Part shown: in pieces, positions 50,641 through 64,000 of the stretch | Layout: each line of letters opens with the position of its first letter | Position numbering within the stretch: the stretch's first letter is position 1 | Assembly (NCBI RefSeq): GCF_009914755.1 | Contig: NC_060947.1 | Origin: the human T2T-CHM13v2.0 reference genome, Homo sapiens | Length of the DNA: 64,000 nucleotides | Strand: one strand, 5' to 3' | Notes under the pieces: generated by a model | What the model was told of the DNA's origin: nothing | Seen by the model: only the letters and a program-made list of their open reading frames with translations | Databases searched by the model: none | Program-made: the position numbers and the translations under genes

Positions 50641-51555
50641 GCCCCACATGTGAAAAAAAGAAATCTTTTGTTAAATCTTCATACGGATGATGGAAACAAT
50701 ATTTTCTTTTCTTTTTTTTGAGATGGAGTCTCCCTCTTTTGTCCAGCCTGGAGTGCAGTGGTGCGATCTCAGCTCACTGAAACCTCTACCTCCCAGGTTC
50801 AAGCAATTCTCTTGCCTCAGCCTCTCGAGTAGCACCACCACGCCTGGCTAATTTTTGTATTTTTAGTAGAGACAGGGTTTTACCATGTTGGCTGGGCTGG
50901 TCTCGAACTCCTGACCTCAAGTGATCCATCCGCCCTTGGCCTCCCAAAGTGCTGGGAGTACAGGTGTGAACCACCACACCCGGCCGGAAACAATATTTTC
51001 AATTACAACCTTGTCATAAGTGATATTACAGGTCTTCTGTGGCTATTTGTCATTTGAAAAGATTTTTTCATTAATTTTTTTTCTTTTTTCTTTTTTTTGA
51101 GACAGAGTCTTGCTCTGTCGCCCAGGCTGGAGTGCAATGGCAGATCTCAGTTCACTGTGACCTCTGACTCCTGGGTTCTAGCGATTCTCCTGCCTCAGCC
51201 TTCCAAGTAGCTGGGAGCCATTAATTTTTTTTTTTTTTTCCAAGACAGAGTCTTGCTCTGCTGGTCAGGCTCAAGTGCAGTGGCCTGATCACAGCTCACT
51301 GCAGCCTCAATCTCCCAAGCTCAAGCAGATCTTCCCACCTCAGCCTCTCGACTAGCTGAGACTACAGGCGCACGTCGCCATGCCTGGCTAATTTTTTAAT
51401 TTCTTGTAGATAGGAGGTCTCCCTATGTTCCCCAGTCTCTCTCCTTGGTCTCATTCAGTTTTTAAGTAAGATTTTAAAAACTACAGGATGAAGGGCGGGC
51501 ACAGTGGCTCATGCCTGTAATCCCAGCACTTTGGGAGGCCGAGGTGGGTGGATCA

Positions 51556-54248
<2,693 letters not shown>

Positions 54249-54271
54249 CATTCCCCTCTCCTCTTCTGGAA

Positions 54272-56915
<2,644 letters not shown>

Positions 56916-57227
56916 TGAACTCCTGGGCTCAACCTATCCGTCCACCTTGGCCTCCCAAAGTGCTGGGGTTACAGGTGTGGAGGCATCACCATGTTGCCCA
57001 GGCATTGCTCACACTCCTTGGCTCAGGAGATCCTCCTGCCTCAGCCTCTCAAAGTGTTGGGAATATAGGCACGAGCCACTGCTCCTGGCTAGATTTTTTT
57101 ATTCAAGAAATGGGCGTCTTGCTATGTTGCCCAGGCTGGTTTTGAACTCCTGAGCTCAAGCTATCCTTCTGCCTTGGCGTCTTGAATAGCTGGGGCTACA
57201 GGTGTGTGTCACCATGCCTGGCTTAAT

Positions 57228-57340
57228 TGTAGATGTTAATCACATCTACAAAATACCTTCACAGCAACACCTAGATTAGTGTTTGATTGAATAACTGGGG
57301 CATATATCCAGTCCAACTGACACATCAAATTGATTATTGC
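57228..57340 (-). mobile_element. MLT2(C/D)-type LTR, 3' LTR of the adjacent ERVL provirus
   Basis: Minus strand reads ccagttattcaatcaaacactaatctaggtgttgctgtgaaggtatttt, immediately preceded by the polypurine tract AGGGGTGGA. Confidence 0.75.
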
Positions 57341-63500
<6,160 letters not shown>

Positions 63501-63593
63501 TTCCTAAGAATTTCACCATTTGAGTGGGCCTTTGGATTTTTGTCGCATTTATCAACCACCTCTGTTGGTCATGTATGTCACTATTCTATTTAA

Positions 63594-63743
<150 letters not shown>

Positions 63744-63777
63744 TAGGACCACAGGTGTGTGCCATCACACCCACTAA

Positions 63778-63903
<126 letters not shown>

Positions 63904-64000
63904 TGACCGAGAACGGTAGCTTTATAGTAAGTGTTGAAATTAGGTATATAAATCCTCTAGCTTTTTTCTTCCTTTTCAAAATTGCTTTGGCTGTTCGAGG

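Overview
Human (primate) genomic DNA that I place at the ZNF157 locus on Xp11, from recognition of the encoded peptide. Roughly half of the window is Alu, and most of the rest is fragmented L1, LTR/ERV or DNA-transposon sequence. Almost all ORFs in the supplied track are Alu or simple-repeat artefacts. Real genic content: (1) the ATG-bearing exon of the KRAB zinc-finger gene ZNF157 (+, 32535-32606, MPANGTSPQRFPALIPGEPGRSFE), whose intron runs past the window end; (2) an intronic H/ACA snoRNA of the SNORA11/U107 family (SNORA11C) with retroposon hallmarks; (3) a start-to-stop but decayed processed pseudogene of UBXN4 (- strand) with a clean in-frame gap in its UBX domain; (4) a 3'-truncated U6 retrocopy; (5) a CpG-rich YY1/ZNF143/RFX promoter about 4.2 kb upstream, which probably supplies a leader exon spliced to the ATG exon. 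The most speculative but coherent candidate is a purine-only expansion inside an intronic LTR. It has a splice acceptor, a 165-codon poly-Glu frame in phase with ZNF157, a stop and an AATAAA. Repeat subfamily names are from memory of consensus ends, not from a RepeatMasker run.
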